DNA of 64,000 nucleotides from Akkermansiaceae bacterium (GTDB lineage Bacteria; Verrucomicrobiota; Verrucomicrobiia; Verrucomicrobiales; Akkermansiaceae): NCBI GenBank assembly GCA_031389115.1, contig JANMSI010000135.1, positions 18,758 to 82,757 of the forward strand, read 5' to 3'. Shown piece by piece: positions 63,566 to 64,000 of this stretch (position 1 is its first letter; each line of letters starts with the position of its first letter). The notes under the pieces were generated by a model. It saw only the letters and a program-made list of their open reading frames with translations, ran no database searches and was not told where the DNA came from. The position numbers and the translations under genes were made by a program.

Positions 63566-63754
63566 ATGAACCCAATCCTCATCGCTAAGACGAATTGCCA
63601 GAACACCAGCCCGTTTGTCCGACTCTTCATGATCGCCACCGGGGCGGCCCTCCTCCTCGCGGCCGGAGCCACTTCATCGTGCAGCACCGCCCGCGGCTTC
63701 GGACAGGACGTCGAGAGAACCGGCGACAAGATTCAAAACGCGGCGAACAACTGA
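63566..63754 (+). CDS. Entericidin EcnA/B-family small lipoprotein (start could be 63629)
   Basis: ...ATSSCSTARGFGQDVERTGDKIQNAA matches the entericidin C.T..G.G.D pattern. Confidence 0.85.
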   Translation: MNPILIAKTNCQNTSPFVRLFMIATGAALLLAAGATSSCSTARGFGQDVERTGDKIQNAANN

Positions 63755-63769
63755 ATGGAACTCCAGGCC

Positions 63770-64000
63770 TCAGTGGGTTGATCCCTGATGGTCTTGAATA
63801 TACTCTTGTTTCAGCCCCAGTGCCTCGGGTGCGTGCAGCACCAGCATCTTCATGCGGACATCTTTCGGGATCTGTTCCCGTGTCAATTTGGAGATCACAA
63901 CCATCAGGATGATGGCAAGCGGCACCGTCCAAATGGCAGGCTGTTCGCAGAGAATGCGCAGCAACGGATGAGCCGCCCAGAACTGGTTCATCGGAGCGAA
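63770..64000 (-). CDS. C-terminal end of a probable sodium/cation:solute symporter (ActP-like), cut by the window edge
   Basis: The frame is open to the window end; EQPAIWTVPLAIILMVVISKLT...MLVLHAPE resembles the last helix of such symporters. Confidence 0.55.
   Translation of the reverse strand, partial: FAPMNQFWAAHPLLRILCEQPAIWTVPLAIILMVVISKLTREQIPKDVRMKMLVLHAPEALGLKQEYIQDHQGSTH

Noticed and set aside
1-64000. Integrase, transposase, prophage, tRNA or rRNA genes
   Set aside because: None was recognised in the ORF track or intergenic regions, so island boundaries cannot be tied to att sites.

Overview
This 64 kb window is GC-rich bacterial chromosome, almost certainly Verrucomicrobiota (Luteolibacter/Verrucomicrobiaceae-like). 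The clues are a PVC-type haem protein, VPDSG- and PEP-CTERM proteins, a DUF1080 protein and the style of the ribosomal proteins. Housekeeping and metabolic genes (GT2, L,D-transpeptidase, rpsT, glutathione peroxidase, dnaE, rlmN, rpmB, lutABC) surround a ~32 kb cell-envelope island at about 18.6-50.3 kb. The island holds a tandem-PstS/OmpA protein and a two-partner secretion pair (TpsB plus a 3777-aa DUF3739 TpsA) co-encoded with DUF2341-ExbB/ExbD/TonB, a porin and a coiled-coil protein. It also holds a Sel1 protein, a PstS/DING-like secreted protein, two paralogous surface proteins with different C-terminal tails, and an exosortase-EpsI-TPR module. Four promoters in the island carry an 11-bp-period GT(G/C)AC repeat resembling a Pho box. 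My main hypothesis is a phosphate-starvation surface system related to the Pseudomonas pdtAB/exbB2D2/tonB4 locus but linked to PEP-CTERM/exosortase sorting. A second candidate system is a sigma-54, AlgB/KinB-like stress module at 57.4-63.8 kb, with two -24/-12 promoters sharing a TGCA-N3-TGCA upstream motif. Also present: a sigma-54 VPDSG-CTERM/TPR/VKOR-DsbA cassette, three toxin-antitoxin loci (two with internally deleted PIN toxins, one of them inside lutABC), and two small genes missing from the ORF track. No rRNA, tRNA, CRISPR array or transposase was recognised. All family calls come from reading motifs by eye; no database search was run.
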